Below, piece by piece: positions 10,951 through 21,399 of a stretch of DNA of 64,000 nt. This DNA comes from an uncultured Candidatus Izemoplasmatales bacterium. Lineage in GTDB: Bacteria > Bacillota_I > Bacilli_A > Izemoplasmatales > Izemoplasmataceae. The stretch's first letter is position 1. Every line of letters begins with the position of its first letter. The position numbers and the translations under genes are program-made. The notes under the pieces are model-generated. The model was not told the origin of the DNA, did not search any database, and saw only the letters and a list, made by a program, of their open reading frames with translations. The DNA lies in contig CAZXSS010000001.1 of assembly GCA_964643385.1 (NCBI GenBank), positions 5,283 through 69,282 on the forward strand, written 5' to 3'.

Positions 10951-11739
10951 TTAAAGTTGAATTAATTTTGTCGGAATATGTTGTTCAGCAACGATGATAT
11001 CATAAGCATCCATTGCTAAATTATAACTTGTAAAAATATCAGTAAATGTATCGATGACGTGGGTTTTTGTATTGCATTCAGCTGATGGGTGAGCTAAAAC
11101 GATGGTCTTTGTTTTATTGCCAATGAGTTTGGTAAGGTGATATGCTGAATCAGCGTTTGATAGATGTCCCTTAATTGAATCTATCCGTTTTTTTAGATAG
11201 TAAGGCCGTTCTGATGAAAATAGTAAAGAGACGTCATAATTGGCTTCAAATATATACATATCTGCATTTTTGATTAACGCATAATCCGTTTCTGGTAAAT
11301 AGCCAACATCAGTCATGTAGACGAGCTTTTTTCCTTCTGTTTCGATGATATAGCCTACCGCACTTACCGCGTCATGTGAAACATCAATAGGGGTAATCTT
11401 TAAATCGTTTAGGGTAAATGATTCTAGACTTTCTACGCGGTGAAAACATGTGTAGGGTAGTTCCATAGAAGGGCGTGCATATAAATGATTAAACGTATCT
11501 TCTTTTGTGAACACGTTTGCGCCTGTATATTTGATTAATGTTTGTAACCCTTTGACATGATCTGAATGTTCATGGGTGATGAGTACCGCATCAAGGGTGT
11601 CTAAGGATAGACCGCGTTCTAATAATCTTAGGCGTATTTGTCTATATGAAATACCGGCATCAATTAATAAGGTAGTGTGGTTTGTTTTTATATAGGTCGC
11701 GTTTCCTTTGGACCCGCTTGCTAGTATGACTATCTGCAT
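10951..11739 (-). CDS. MBL-fold metallo-hydrolase (YycJ/WalJ-like)
   Basis: HEHSDHVKG zinc motif near the N-terminus; 262 aa, a size typical of YycJ. Confidence 0.75.
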   Translation of the reverse strand: MQIVILASGSKGNATYIKTNHTTLLIDAGISYRQIRLRLLERGLSLDTLDAVLITHEHSDHVKGLQTLIKYTGANVFTKEDTFNHLYARPSMELPYTCFHRVESLESFTLNDLKITPIDVSHDAVSAVGYIIETEGKKLVYMTDVGYLPETDYALIKNADMYIFEANYDVSLLFSSERPYYLKKRIDSIKGHLSNADSAYHLTKLIGNKTKTIVLAHPSAECNTKTHVIDTFTDIFTSYNLAMDAYDIIVAEQHIPTKLIQL

Positions 11740-11916
11740 TGTATCACTCCGTTACAAAATTATTATACATGATTTTAATAATAGTGCAATGATGTTGCTA
11801 ATAATGTAATGTACAAAAACGTTTTTGCATGTCACATATTTCATTATGTTTGTTATTGTTTTAACAGATAAAAAATGATAATATATATATTGCGTATATT
11901 AAAAGGAGTGAACTTT

Positions 11917-14433
11917 ATGGAAAAAGCAATGATAAGAAAAATTATAATCGTCGTGTCACTACTGGTCTTAACGATAGTATTAGCACTCGGATGCAATTAC
12001 TTAACTCAAGATGATGATGATCCTATGGTTGATAACGCCGATGAGTCGTTTTTATCTTTGGGGAATATCTCGATTACTCGTGGCGATGTTTATGAACGTA
12101 CAAAAGCATTAGAAGGTATTAACCATTTACTTAATTATATCGATGAACAATTATTAGAAGATCACATTAATAATGTCGATGACAGTGACGTAGATGAAGA
12201 GTTAAACCGGATTAAGTATGGAACTACTGATCCAATTAAGATAGCTGAAATCCAAGCGGACGAAGCGCAAATGGAAGAGATAGAGGAACAATTCTATTAT
12301 ACTATAGCTTATGCCGGATTTGATCCTGATAAACCAGAAGAAATCGATCGATATATCCGTTTAAATCTAGCTAAGGAACTCGCAACTCAAGAACGTTTAC
12401 TCGTTGATTTCCAAGAAGATGAAACAGAGCTTGAGACCAATCTTTTAGATTATTATGAAGAAAATTATTATGGTGATGTCACTGCTATTGAACTGATTTT
12501 TCAAAATGAAGATGAGTTCAATGCTGTCATGAATCATTTTGATTTGGTGCCAAATTATGAAGGTGGCATTGGATTATATGAAGGGGACGACCCTATTGAA
12601 GATCTATCAAGAGAAGATTTAACAGACGCAAACACGCGCGTTTTAGATACCGATGAAGTATTTGAAATGTATGTATTAATCTATAACTATTTATATCAAT
12701 ATCGTGATCAATTACCAGAGGATGTAGAACAAACAAGTTTAGATACATTTTCTACTGAGTACTTCGAATTCGTTTATGACGATATGACAGAAAGTGCTCG
12801 GACACTTAATGTTGCTAACATTTTATTTGATGAATTATCTCTCGATGACGAAGATGAAGATGCACTCAATTACACAGTTGATAAACGTAGATATAATGAA
12901 GAAGATAGTATTACAAAAGATTATTATGTGATGTATTATAAAATTCATGAGCAATCAATTGATACCTATGACAATTTAAGCAATGAAGAAAAATCTGCGG
13001 TTCGCGAAGATTATTTAGATACTTTAACAACCGATGAGTTGGTAAATTCATATATGATTGAGTTACGTAATGAAAACAACCTTGTGTTCCACGACTCATT
13101 GTTACATAAAAGTTATGAACAAATGGTTGCTAACGTTGTCGGACCAGACTATGCGGTATATGAAAATCAAGACAATCAATTATTGGTTAGTCTAGATGAT
13201 TTCACGGTAAATACAGAAGAGTTCTTTGAATATGCATTAAGACGAACTGGTGCGTTAACATTGATTCAAATATATAAAGAACAGTATCTACTAAAAAGCA
13301 ATTATTTTACAAGCGCCTTTGGCGATAATCGTGATTTAATTAACAGTCGTAATGATAATTTAGAAGAACACCGTGAGTTTATTGAAAATTTGAAAGTCCA
13401 ATTTGCAAATCATCAATACTCACAAGTCTATTCATGGGATGAGTTTTTATACTTATTCTATGGTCATAAAAACGATGTTGATTTTATGCGACAATTGGTT
13501 GTTTCTGAACTGCAAAATTATTTAATCCCAGATTACTTAGATTATGACGATGCGCACGATTATGTTACGGAACAATATGATAATTATATTAATATGCGCG
13601 TAGAACACATTTTAATCTTTGTTGATTTTGATGGCGATTTAGAACCGGATGATTATGATACGTTCTTAGAAGGCTTAGATGACACTGAAAAAACTGCCTA
13701 TAATCTGAAAAAAGCAGAATTAGAAACGGCATTACTTGATGCGGCTGAAACAACAGGCTCACTAACTGAAGTCGTTGCTGAATATAATGAAGCTTTACGT
13801 GATGAGACTGATGAAGATAATCCTTGGGCGGAATTTAAAAACTACGGATTTAAAGTGCGCCATGAGAATTTATCTAGTGATGGTCAAGCCATTACGTATA
13901 ACCAAACCAAAACCTTTGTAGAAAACTTTACGACAAACATATACCGTATTTATGAAACATATCTAACCAATGAATATATTGATGAAGATAGTTTACTAGA
14001 TGATCGTATTTTCACTACTGAGTTTGGAATGCATCTTGTAAAAGCACGTAAAGCTGCAACGAATTTTGAAGCACCTAGCGCGGAATTCACAGACACTGAA
14101 AATGCATATGATAGCCGTGTTGAAAACACAAATGCTATTCCATCTAAAGATCAGATTGAAATTTGGGTAGAAGCGACTTTTGATATCTTAACCTCAGGAG
14201 AAACTAACATCGAACTTCCTGATGAAGTTGATACTGCAGTAAGTGTGTATTTTGAATCTTACTTCCAAGGTCTCCTTCCTAATCCACAAGAAAACTTTGA
14301 TCCGTTTGGTAATCTTGTTATGATTAATAAACTCTTAGATGAAGATGCAACTTACTCAGATGAAAATGAGCGAATTGAAGTCATGATTAGAGCGTTAAAA
14401 GATGTTTATCAAATGATTATATTTGGTGACTAA
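11917..14433 (+). CDS. Large hyper-acidic surface lipoprotein with PrsA/parvulin-like C-terminal signatures
   Basis: ATG 11917 after RBS AAAGGAG. Signal peptide ends in lipobox-like LALGC (Cys26). Very D/E-rich. VEHILIFVD and FGMHLVKA resemble the two parvulin His motifs but lie about 140 aa apart. Confidence 0.5.
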   Translation: MEKAMIRKIIIVVSLLVLTIVLALGCNYLTQDDDDPMVDNADESFLSLGNISITRGDVYERTKALEGINHLLNYIDEQLLEDHINNVDDSDVDEELNRIKYGTTDPIKIAEIQADEAQMEEIEEQFYYTIAYAGFDPDKPEEIDRYIRLNLAKELATQERLLVDFQEDETELETNLLDYYEENYYGDVTAIELIFQNEDEFNAVMNHFDLVPNYEGGIGLYEGDDPIEDLSREDLTDANTRVLDTDEVFEMYVLIYNYLYQYRDQLPEDVEQTSLDTFSTEYFEFVYDDMTESARTLNVANILFDELSLDDEDEDALNYTVDKRRYNEEDSITKDYYVMYYKIHEQSIDTYDNLSNEEKSAVREDYLDTLTTDELVNSYMIELRNENNLVFHDSLLHKSYEQMVANVVGPDYAVYENQDNQLLVSLDDFTVNTEEFFEYALRRTGALTLIQIYKEQYLLKSNYFTSAFGDNRDLINSRNDNLEEHREFIENLKVQFANHQYSQVYSWDEFLYLFYGHKNDVDFMRQLVVSELQNYLIPDYLDYDDAHDYVTEQYDNYINMRVEHILIFVDFDGDLEPDDYDTFLEGLDDTEKTAYNLKKAELETALLDAAETTGSLTEVVAEYNEALRDETDEDNPWAEFKNYGFKVRHENLSSDGQAITYNQTKTFVENFTTNIYRIYETYLTNEYIDEDSLLDDRIFTTEFGMHLVKARKAATNFEAPSAEFTDTENAYDSRVENTNAIPSKDQIEIWVEATFDILTSGETNIELPDEVDTAVSVYFESYFQGLLPNPQENFDPFGNLVMINKLLDEDATYSDENERIEVMIRALKDVYQMIIFGD

Positions 14434-14440
14434 ACCATTA

Positions 14441-14479
14441 AAATACCAATCCTAACAGTTAGGATTGGTATTTTTTTTT
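14441..14479. terminator. Bidirectional terminator between the lipoprotein and epimerase genes
   Basis: aaataccaatcctaac / gttaggattggtattt (about 14 bp stem), followed by T9 on the plus strand. Confidence 0.85.
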
Positions 14480-14488
14480 GGATATGGT

Positions 14489-15481
14489 TTATTTTTTTAA
14501 AACATCTTGTACAAGATTATCATAGCGCTTGTTAAAAGATTCATCGATGGTTTGTTTAAATGTATCATCGAGGTAATATTGTAGGGCGGTTTGAACAATG
14601 GTTTCGTATGGGGTTTCTGAACTGTAGTGTGTCGCAAGTGACTTGATTTTTGTGTTATCGAAATAAGCATTTAAGGTGTTGTCTCCTTGCATCGGACCCT
14701 TTTTATCTGGAAAATAGGTTAAGATTTTGTCAAGGGGAACATGAATGATGTTGGGTGTTTTGTTTAATGCTTTATAGACAATTTTGGCGAGTTCATTCCA
14801 TGTATACATATATTCAGATGTAATATGGACAGCCTCGTTATAAGCTTTTGAATTACCATATAAATCAACAAATCCTTTTGCGAAGTCTGCGTTATATGTG
14901 AGTGTCCAGATATTATTCCCATCATTGGGAATAACAATGACTTGGTCATGTAGTATGCGGTTAATCACAGTGAAAGGATGTGACCAGCTTGTGAGCTGGA
15001 AAGGGACTGAATGTTTATCATACGTATGGCTTGGTCTTACGATGGTAATCGCAAATGGTGGGTTTTCTAAGGCACTTAAATAGGCTTCGCACGCAATTTT
15101 ATTTTGGCTGTATCCCCATACTTTATTGGCAAGTGGTAAGGTTTCTTTAATGGGTTTTTCCCGTTTACTAATGTCATAACATGAAGCACTACTAATAAAG
15201 ATGTATTGTTTTGTTTTGTCTTTGAACAGTCTAATATCACGTTTAATATCATCAACGGTGAATGCAATAAAGTCGACGATGACATCGAAAGTGTGTCCCT
15301 TTAATTGTGCTAAGACTGCATCATCGTTATTAATGTCAGCCTTAAGGTGGGTTGCCTTATGTGGGATGATGTCTTTTTGGTTTCCACGGTTTAAAAGATA
15401 AAGGTCATGTCCTTGTTCAATCGTTCGCTCAGTGACTGCAGTTGAAATAATACCAGTTCCGCCGATTAATAGAATTTTCAT
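14489..15481 (-). CDS. NAD-dependent epimerase/dehydratase family (SDR) protein
   Basis: N-terminal Rossmann motif MKILLIGGTGIIS; 330 aa; RBS AAGGAG. Confidence 0.7.
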   Translation of the reverse strand: MKILLIGGTGIISTAVTERTIEQGHDLYLLNRGNQKDIIPHKATHLKADINNDDAVLAQLKGHTFDVIVDFIAFTVDDIKRDIRLFKDKTKQYIFISSASCYDISKREKPIKETLPLANKVWGYSQNKIACEAYLSALENPPFAITIVRPSHTYDKHSVPFQLTSWSHPFTVINRILHDQVIVIPNDGNNIWTLTYNADFAKGFVDLYGNSKAYNEAVHITSEYMYTWNELAKIVYKALNKTPNIIHVPLDKILTYFPDKKGPMQGDNTLNAYFDNTKIKSLATHYSSETPYETIVQTALQYYLDDTFKQTIDESFNKRYDNLVQDVLKK

Positions 15482-15500
15482 TGTTCATCTCCTTAAAATT

Positions 15501-15535
15501 AAAAGGTTATATCACGAATGATATAACCTTTTTTG
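15501..15535 (-). terminator. Hairpin terminator after L25/Ctc
   Basis: aaaaggttatatca / tgatataacctttt, 14-bp stem with cgaa loop; U-rich on both sides. Confidence 0.65.
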
Positions 15536-15556
15536 TGTTGTTTGTGTAAGGTGAGG

Positions 15557-16171
15557 TTATTCTTCGTCTTCAGTTTCTGCTTTTTGCTTAATCGCTTCTA
15601 CTTCAACTTCTTCTTCCTCTACGCCTTCTTCTGGTTCGTCTTCATAGGTTGGTTCTGTTACATTAACAACCATCTTTTCAGGGTCTTCTAAAATACGTAA
15701 GTCTTCTGAATGTTCGATGTCTTTAACACGTAATACATCGCCATCTTCCATGCCTTTTACGTCTAATGTAAAGTTTGAAACCCCTTTACCTGGTGAAAAT
15801 TCTGTTTCAATTGATTGGTTGATGAGTTGGACAACAAGTCCGCGTTTTTCAACTTCTTCTTTATTATCTAAGTATACAGGGATATCTGCGGTAATGGTAT
15901 CTGATGCGGTTACTTTGATTAAATCGAAGTGACGTACGTTATTGATGTTTAAAGGATCTGTTTGGATTTCTTTAATATAAACTTGGTGATTTTTACCATC
16001 TAAACGTACTTTGAAAGTCATACTTGTTCCAAATTCGTGATATGCATTCATAAATTCGTTATAATCAACTTGTACTGGTGTAGAGTCAATACGACGACCG
16101 TAAATGACGCCGGGAATTTGTAGTTGACTTCTAATGTCTTTAAGTTTTTCTGTCCGTTTTTTGAGTTTCAT
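15557..16171 (-). CDS. rplY: 50S ribosomal protein L25 / general stress protein Ctc
   Basis: IPGVIYG motif and two-domain Ctc length with an acidic tail. ATG 16171 (MKLKKR) follows RBS AGGAGG; the track start at 16198 would overlap the RBS. Confidence 0.85.
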   Translation of the reverse strand: MKLKKRTEKLKDIRSQLQIPGVIYGRRIDSTPVQVDYNEFMNAYHEFGTSMTFKVRLDGKNHQVYIKEIQTDPLNINNVRHFDLIKVTASDTITADIPVYLDNKEEVEKRGLVVQLINQSIETEFSPGKGVSNFTLDVKGMEDGDVLRVKDIEHSEDLRILEDPEKMVVNVTEPTYEDEPEEGVEEEEVEVEAIKQKAETEDEE

Positions 16172-16247
16172 AATAATTGCTCCTCCTATATCTTTCATGC
16201 AATAAGTGCATGGCTTTAACTATTTTAACACAGTGATGTGAAATTGT

Positions 16248-17177
16248 CTATTTTTTCATTTTGGCTTTGTAATATCGCTCTCTATCTAGTATGGGTAGTG
16301 AGGGGGTGAACTGGCCTTCATTAATACCTTTAAGTGCTTCTCCTAAGACGGCAAATTTCGAGTCAATATTATCGATAAAATGAAGCGCTAAGGCTTCTGG
16401 GATGTTTGGTTTTTTGGGAGATCCAAAGTTCCCGTAATAGTGATGTGATAAGATAATATGTTCTAATAATAACCGTTCTTCTGTATCGTAGAGGTCATGT
16501 TTCATCGCGGTTTTGGTGATTTCTTTAACGCCCATGGTGATGTGTCCGATCAGTTTTCCTTCTTTGGTATATTCAGGTTCTTTATAATTTGATAGTTCAA
16601 CGGTTTTCATTACATCGTGTAAGATGATTCCAGCGATGAGTAAGTCTTGATCTAAAAAATCATAAACAGCGAGTAGTCCATCAGCAAGTCTTAACATGCT
16701 TTCTGTATGATGGGCAAGCCCGCCAATATAAGCATGATGAAACTTGGTTGCTGCTGGATAAAGGTAAAACGGTTTTGTGTACCGGTCATAGATATCATCT
16801 AAAATGGTTTTGATGGTTGGATTGTTGACGCGTAAAAGAAACGTTTCGATGCTGGATTTTACCTTTTCAATGTCAATGGGTGCGAAATCATAAAAAATAC
16901 GCATCAGTTCTTCTTGTTCGTTTAGTGGTAAATCGCAGTCGTTGATATGGGTATACTTTTTGACGAGAGGTTGTTCTTTATCATTGTGGGTTACCATTTC
17001 GGTATCAAAAAGATATATATCTCCGTTTTTTAAACGGATCGATTCATCGATACGTAGTGTTGTAGGTTTTTGGATGGTTGCGGTATCTCTTAGTGTTTCT
17101 TCTGTTAATACACTTAAGGTATTTGTATCATACGATGTTTCGTTAGTTGATAAAACTTTGGCGTAAAATGGTGTCAT
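16248..17177 (-). CDS. yhaM: 3'-5' exoribonuclease YhaM (OB fold + HD domain)
   Basis: HHAYIGGLAHHTESML and LHDVMK HD-domain motifs; 309 aa. Confidence 0.85.
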   Translation of the reverse strand: MTPFYAKVLSTNETSYDTNTLSVLTEETLRDTATIQKPTTLRIDESIRLKNGDIYLFDTEMVTHNDKEQPLVKKYTHINDCDLPLNEQEELMRIFYDFAPIDIEKVKSSIETFLLRVNNPTIKTILDDIYDRYTKPFYLYPAATKFHHAYIGGLAHHTESMLRLADGLLAVYDFLDQDLLIAGIILHDVMKTVELSNYKEPEYTKEGKLIGHITMGVKEITKTAMKHDLYDTEERLLLEHIILSHHYYGNFGSPKKPNIPEALALHFIDNIDSKFAVLGEALKGINEGQFTPSLPILDRERYYKAKMKK

Positions 17178-17189
17178 ATAATCTTCCTT

Positions 17190-19268
17190 TCAGGCAAGTT
17201 TGAAAATGGTTGTTGAGATGCTATTTAGGGTGTAGCTTTGGTTATCTTTGTGAACATCTGAACTCTGATAAAGAATATCAACAGGTCGCTCAAATGTCAA
17301 TGTTTCTTTTTTCATCGTTGGCTTAAAGATGATAAGGTAATGTTGGGTGTCATCTTTCAAGGTATAATGCATGGTCCCTGATTTATTACAGTTAATATCG
17401 GTTTTTTCAAAGATTTTACTTCGCGATCTTAAACGTAATAAGGGAATGGTTTTTCTTATTTTGATAAGCTGTTTAAATCGTTCTATGGCGTCTTGATGTT
17501 GGTCAACTAAGTGCCAATCAATCATGTTTATCTCATCAGGCGATTTATAACTGTTTTCGACACATTGTTTGGTTCTAAAGAACTCTTGGCCCATGTGAAT
17601 AAACGGAACACCTTGAGATAAAAGGACAATGCTTGTGGCAAGTTCTTGTCTTAAGTGACGTGTGGTTTCATCTTCATTTGGTAATGATAAAGCGAGTTTA
17701 TCACGCAGGGTATGGTTATCGTGGCAAGCTGCATAGTTGATTGATTGTGCTGGATAATTAAATAAGACATGCGGGGCAATTGAGCCTTGAATGATGTTCA
17801 TCATCTTATCTAAACTTTTGGTGTTACCTTGAACATATCCTGTAGAGGCATCATCAAACGTCGAGCCTTTAACCGTATCTCTAAACAAGTCATTAAAGAA
17901 TCCGATATTAAATAGCACCTGCTTGTTTCGCATGTGCGCTAAATTAGGACGATCTGCCATTTTCCAGCCTTCACCGTAGACCAATACATCGGGTGATAGG
18001 TCTTCTAGTTTTTGTCTTATTGCATGCATTGTATCGATGTCGATGAGACCCATTAGATCAAACCGGTATCCATCTATTTTGAATGTATCTGTCCAATAAA
18101 GAATGGCATCAATAATGAGTTTTCTAATCATTGCGCGTTCTGTAGCAAGATCATTGCCGACACCACTTGCGTTTGTCAGCATTCCGCGTTCATCATAACG
18201 GTAACTATACCCAGGGACGAGAATCTCAAAAGGGAAGGTATCTGGGTCATAGACATGATTAAACACAACATCCATAACTACGCGGAGATTGTGGGCGTGA
18301 TAGTCATCGATTAACTCTCTTAACTCATTGATGCGTTGATATGGGGCGTTGGGGTCGGTGCAAAAACTGCCTTCTGGTACAAAGTATTGACTTGGATTAT
18401 AGCCCCAGTTATACGATGCAAAAGGCTTGGTTTCATCGACGCCTTCAAAGTCATACATAGGCATAATTTGGACATGGGTTACACCCAATGATTTAAGGTA
18501 ATCAAAGCCAGCAGGATGGTTTTTTGGTGTTGTGATATGTTGTCTATGGGCTGCTTTAAATGTGATAGGGTCATCGATGTTTAACGATGGGTCACTGGTA
18601 AGGTCGCGAATGCTCATTTCATAAATAATTGCATCTTCTGCATGTGAAGAAAACGCTGGGCTAGGGTGATGCATTTTGATTAAATGGTCTTTATTAATGA
18701 CCACACTGTGTTTTTTATTTGCGGTTGAGGATTTTGCATAAGGGTCAATAACGCGGCGTTGCTTGCCATTAACAAAGACATCATATATATACTCAGTTTG
18801 ATCGAGGTCGCCTTCAATTGTGACAGTCCAAATGCCGCGGTTGGTATATGTTAGTTGATGGGTGGTTTCTTTAGCATCTTTAAAAAGGATAACGTCTATA
18901 GACTTGGCAACAGGACTCCAGACTTTAAACTGTGTTTTCGTTGGTGTGTGGGTTGCGCCAAGGTCGTTTCCATCGTAAAAATAGACACTGTCAAATTGTT
19001 TTGTTCTAACAATTTTTCCCGTATATAGTTCTGTCTTAAAGGTATTATTGGCGTGGACATAATACCGCTTATTTAATAAAATATAGGCGTCAAATGTTAG
19101 GATGTACTTGTGTTCATGGTCCCGTTCTTCGTGTTCTTTAATGTTTAATGCGATGGTTTCATCGTTGCCTTCGACAGTAAAATGGGCGATGACATCTTTG
19201 GTCATAGATTTTGGGATCAAAATCGTAATGGTTTCAAAATCATCAAGGTATGCGTAATAGTCTTCCAT
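17190..19268 (-). CDS. pulA: Type I pullulanase (GH13), no signal peptide
   Basis: YNWGYNP pullulanase signature, DGYRFDLMG, YGEGW and CHDNHT catalytic regions. ATG 19268 (MEDYY) preferred; the track start at 19286 is TTG. Confidence 0.85.
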   Translation of the reverse strand: MEDYYAYLDDFETITILIPKSMTKDVIAHFTVEGNDETIALNIKEHEERDHEHKYILTFDAYILLNKRYYVHANNTFKTELYTGKIVRTKQFDSVYFYDGNDLGATHTPTKTQFKVWSPVAKSIDVILFKDAKETTHQLTYTNRGIWTVTIEGDLDQTEYIYDVFVNGKQRRVIDPYAKSSTANKKHSVVINKDHLIKMHHPSPAFSSHAEDAIIYEMSIRDLTSDPSLNIDDPITFKAAHRQHITTPKNHPAGFDYLKSLGVTHVQIMPMYDFEGVDETKPFASYNWGYNPSQYFVPEGSFCTDPNAPYQRINELRELIDDYHAHNLRVVMDVVFNHVYDPDTFPFEILVPGYSYRYDERGMLTNASGVGNDLATERAMIRKLIIDAILYWTDTFKIDGYRFDLMGLIDIDTMHAIRQKLEDLSPDVLVYGEGWKMADRPNLAHMRNKQVLFNIGFFNDLFRDTVKGSTFDDASTGYVQGNTKSLDKMMNIIQGSIAPHVLFNYPAQSINYAACHDNHTLRDKLALSLPNEDETTRHLRQELATSIVLLSQGVPFIHMGQEFFRTKQCVENSYKSPDEINMIDWHLVDQHQDAIERFKQLIKIRKTIPLLRLRSRSKIFEKTDINCNKSGTMHYTLKDDTQHYLIIFKPTMKKETLTFERPVDILYQSSDVHKDNQSYTLNSISTTIFKLA

Positions 19269-19272
19269 AATG

Positions 19273-20442
19273 TCACTCGCTTTCAAGTTCGTTTAAGAAT
19301 GCTTCTGCGGCGTCTTTTAATGCGTCTTTTTCATTTGGTAATGATTGATGTAAAACACGGTATAGTAAATGATCGATAACTAAGCGTATATGGCGTTTAT
19401 TTTTTGGTTTTAAGGTTTTAAGAATATCTTCACCTTTAAATGCTAAATCTTTCATAGAGGTAATTGGCAAAGATTTGTATAGTGTATTAATTCTCTCTTG
19501 TTGGTCGATATATCCAAGCATTTTGTTGACTGTGTTGGCTCTTAAACAGAGCGGTTTTTTATAGGAAAAAAGGTGTTCTGGTTGAAACCGTGCATGTTTT
19601 GTTTGTTGATGTATTGAAAGCATTGTTTTAATTTCGCTTTTTAAGATATTTGATAATTTGAGTATGTCTAATACAGTATAATCGTAATAGACTAAAAACG
19701 TTAATGCTTCTTTATGTGTGTATTCTATATCAACATCAGCAAGCGCGTTAAGTCCTTTTTCTAGTGGACCGAGGGCATCGTTAAATGATGTTTCTTTCAT
19801 ATAAGTTAATGCTTTTTGACTGTGTTTATAGTCAAAGAGTTCGATTAACTCATGTTGGATGCGTTCGATGGGTATGTGGGTCAAAAGTAATCTTTTATTT
19901 TGAATTGCATCTAGTGTATTGGCTTCAATTGAGAAATTAAGTTTTGCGGAAAAACGAAACGCCCGTAACATTCTTAATGCGTCTTCTTCAAATCGGTCGT
20001 TTGGATTATTTATTGTGCGGATAATTTTATTTTCTAAATCCTGACGTCCGTTAAAATAATCTTTTATATTACTGTCTTTATCCATGACCAACTGGTTGAT
20101 GGTAAAATCGCGTCTTGCAAGGTCTTCTTTTAAAGAGTTTGTATGACTAACGCGGTCCGGATGGCGATAATTTGAGTATGTGGTTTCCGTTCGGTACGTG
20201 GTTACTTCAAATGGGTGGTGATGGATTAATACGGTAACTGTCCCAAATTTTTCTCCTGTGACAATCACCCTATCAAAAATGTTTTTTATGTCATTAATTT
20301 TTGCGTTTGTGGTTATATCGATGTCTTTGGTTTGTATTCCTAAGAGATAGTCCCTAACATAACCGCCGACAAAATAGGCTTCAAAGCCTTTGTCATTTAA
20401 GGTTTCTAATATTGAGCGTCCGTATTCATGCATTTTTTCCAT
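19273..20442 (-). CDS. cca: CCA-adding tRNA nucleotidyltransferase
   Basis: GGYVRDYLLG...KDIDITT polymerase-beta motif and RRDFTINQL. ATG 20442 has RBS GGTGA; the upstream ATG 20454 abuts a TATAAT box. Confidence 0.88.
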   Translation of the reverse strand: MEKMHEYGRSILETLNDKGFEAYFVGGYVRDYLLGIQTKDIDITTNAKINDIKNIFDRVIVTGEKFGTVTVLIHHHPFEVTTYRTETTYSNYRHPDRVSHTNSLKEDLARRDFTINQLVMDKDSNIKDYFNGRQDLENKIIRTINNPNDRFEEDALRMLRAFRFSAKLNFSIEANTLDAIQNKRLLLTHIPIERIQHELIELFDYKHSQKALTYMKETSFNDALGPLEKGLNALADVDIEYTHKEALTFLVYYDYTVLDILKLSNILKSEIKTMLSIHQQTKHARFQPEHLFSYKKPLCLRANTVNKMLGYIDQQERINTLYKSLPITSMKDLAFKGEDILKTLKPKNKRHIRLVIDHLLYRVLHQSLPNEKDALKDAAEAFLNELESE

Positions 20443-20541
20443 TGTAATCACCATAAAAATTATACTATATATTGGCGGTTTTTTCTATCTTTATGAGGTT
20501 ATATTTGTGTTTATCTTGTATAATAGGAATAGGTGATAACA

Positions 20542-21153
20542 ATGCATAGTATTCAAGGTATGGTAAAAAGTACATTAGAGATTAAAAAATCCACGTTTTT
20601 AGGATTTGTCTTTCCCATTGAGAGTACACTAGATGTCAAACGTATATTGGCTGATATAAAAAGACAGTATCCAGGGGCAAATCATTATTGTTTTGCTTAT
20701 AGCATTGGCGAAAACGCGGATCAGCAAAAATTTGATGATGATGGGGAACCATCGCAAACAGCGGGGTTTCCGATGATGCAAGTGTTGCAAAAACAAGATT
20801 TAACCAATGTCTTGGCTATTGTGATTCGCTTTTTTGGTGGTATTAAATTGGGAGCTTCTGGACTAGTTAGAGCCTATACAAAAGCAATTAGCACGGCACT
20901 TAAGGATGCGGTTATAGTCTCTCCTATTCGTGTTTATCATGTTGATATTACGGTATCGTTTTCAATGTCTGGAAGTGTTGAACATTATTTAAGAGAGCAT
21001 GTTACGGTTAATGATATTACGTATACATCACATGTCACATATCATATTACTGTACAACAAGATGCGTTAGATGCTTTGACGCGTAGGATTACTGATATGA
21101 CACATGCACAAGCAACGATTGATGTGCTTGAGGATGTTTTGGTATACCAATAA
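20542..21153 (+). CDS. yigZ: YigZ / IMPACT family protein
   Basis: KKSTFLGF...NHYCFAY...DDGEPSQTAG...FGGIKLGASGL family motifs. ATG 20542 after RBS AGGTGA. Confidence 0.85.
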   Translation: MHSIQGMVKSTLEIKKSTFLGFVFPIESTLDVKRILADIKRQYPGANHYCFAYSIGENADQQKFDDDGEPSQTAGFPMMQVLQKQDLTNVLAIVIRFFGGIKLGASGLVRAYTKAISTALKDAVIVSPIRVYHVDITVSFSMSGSVEHYLREHVTVNDITYTSHVTYHITVQQDALDALTRRITDMTHAQATIDVLEDVLVYQ

Positions 21154-21180
21154 AAAAACGTTCAGAAGAACGTTTTATAA
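21152..21180. terminator. Bidirectional terminator (yigZ / 74-aa ORF)
   Basis: aaaacgttc-agaa-gaacgtttt hairpin. U7 on the minus strand, weaker UUUUAUAAA on the plus strand. Confidence 0.7.
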
Positions 21181-21399
21181 ACCCGCAATTAGTGTGGTCA
21201 ATTCTATTAAGCGCATGAGACCTCTTGTGACCAAATAGGCAAGCCCAATACTTAAGAAAATATAGATGATTTGAATTTGCCAAATGGCGCCTTTTTTAAA
21301 GATGCTGCTAATATCTGCAGCCATCATGGCTTTAAACGTCAAGGGAAAGATAATAAAAAATAAAATTAGTTCGGTAATGGCGCTTTGTAAAGGATCCAT
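21175..21399 (-). CDS. Small two-TM membrane protein, function unknown
   Basis: 74 aa with two hydrophobic helices. Very strong RBS AAGGAGGG, 5 nt before ATG 21399, embedded in the 3' end of the upstream gene (34-nt overlap). Confidence 0.55.
   Translation of the reverse strand: MDPLQSAITELILFFIIFPLTFKAMMAADISSIFKKGAIWQIQIIYIFLSIGLAYLVTRGLMRLIELTTLIAGL

Noticed and set aside
21089-21283. 64-aa minus-strand ORF spanning the yigZ 3' end and the terminator.
   Set aside because: It overlaps the yigZ coding end and the bidirectional terminator and conflicts with the better-supported 74-aa ORF (21175-21399), which has a strong RBS.
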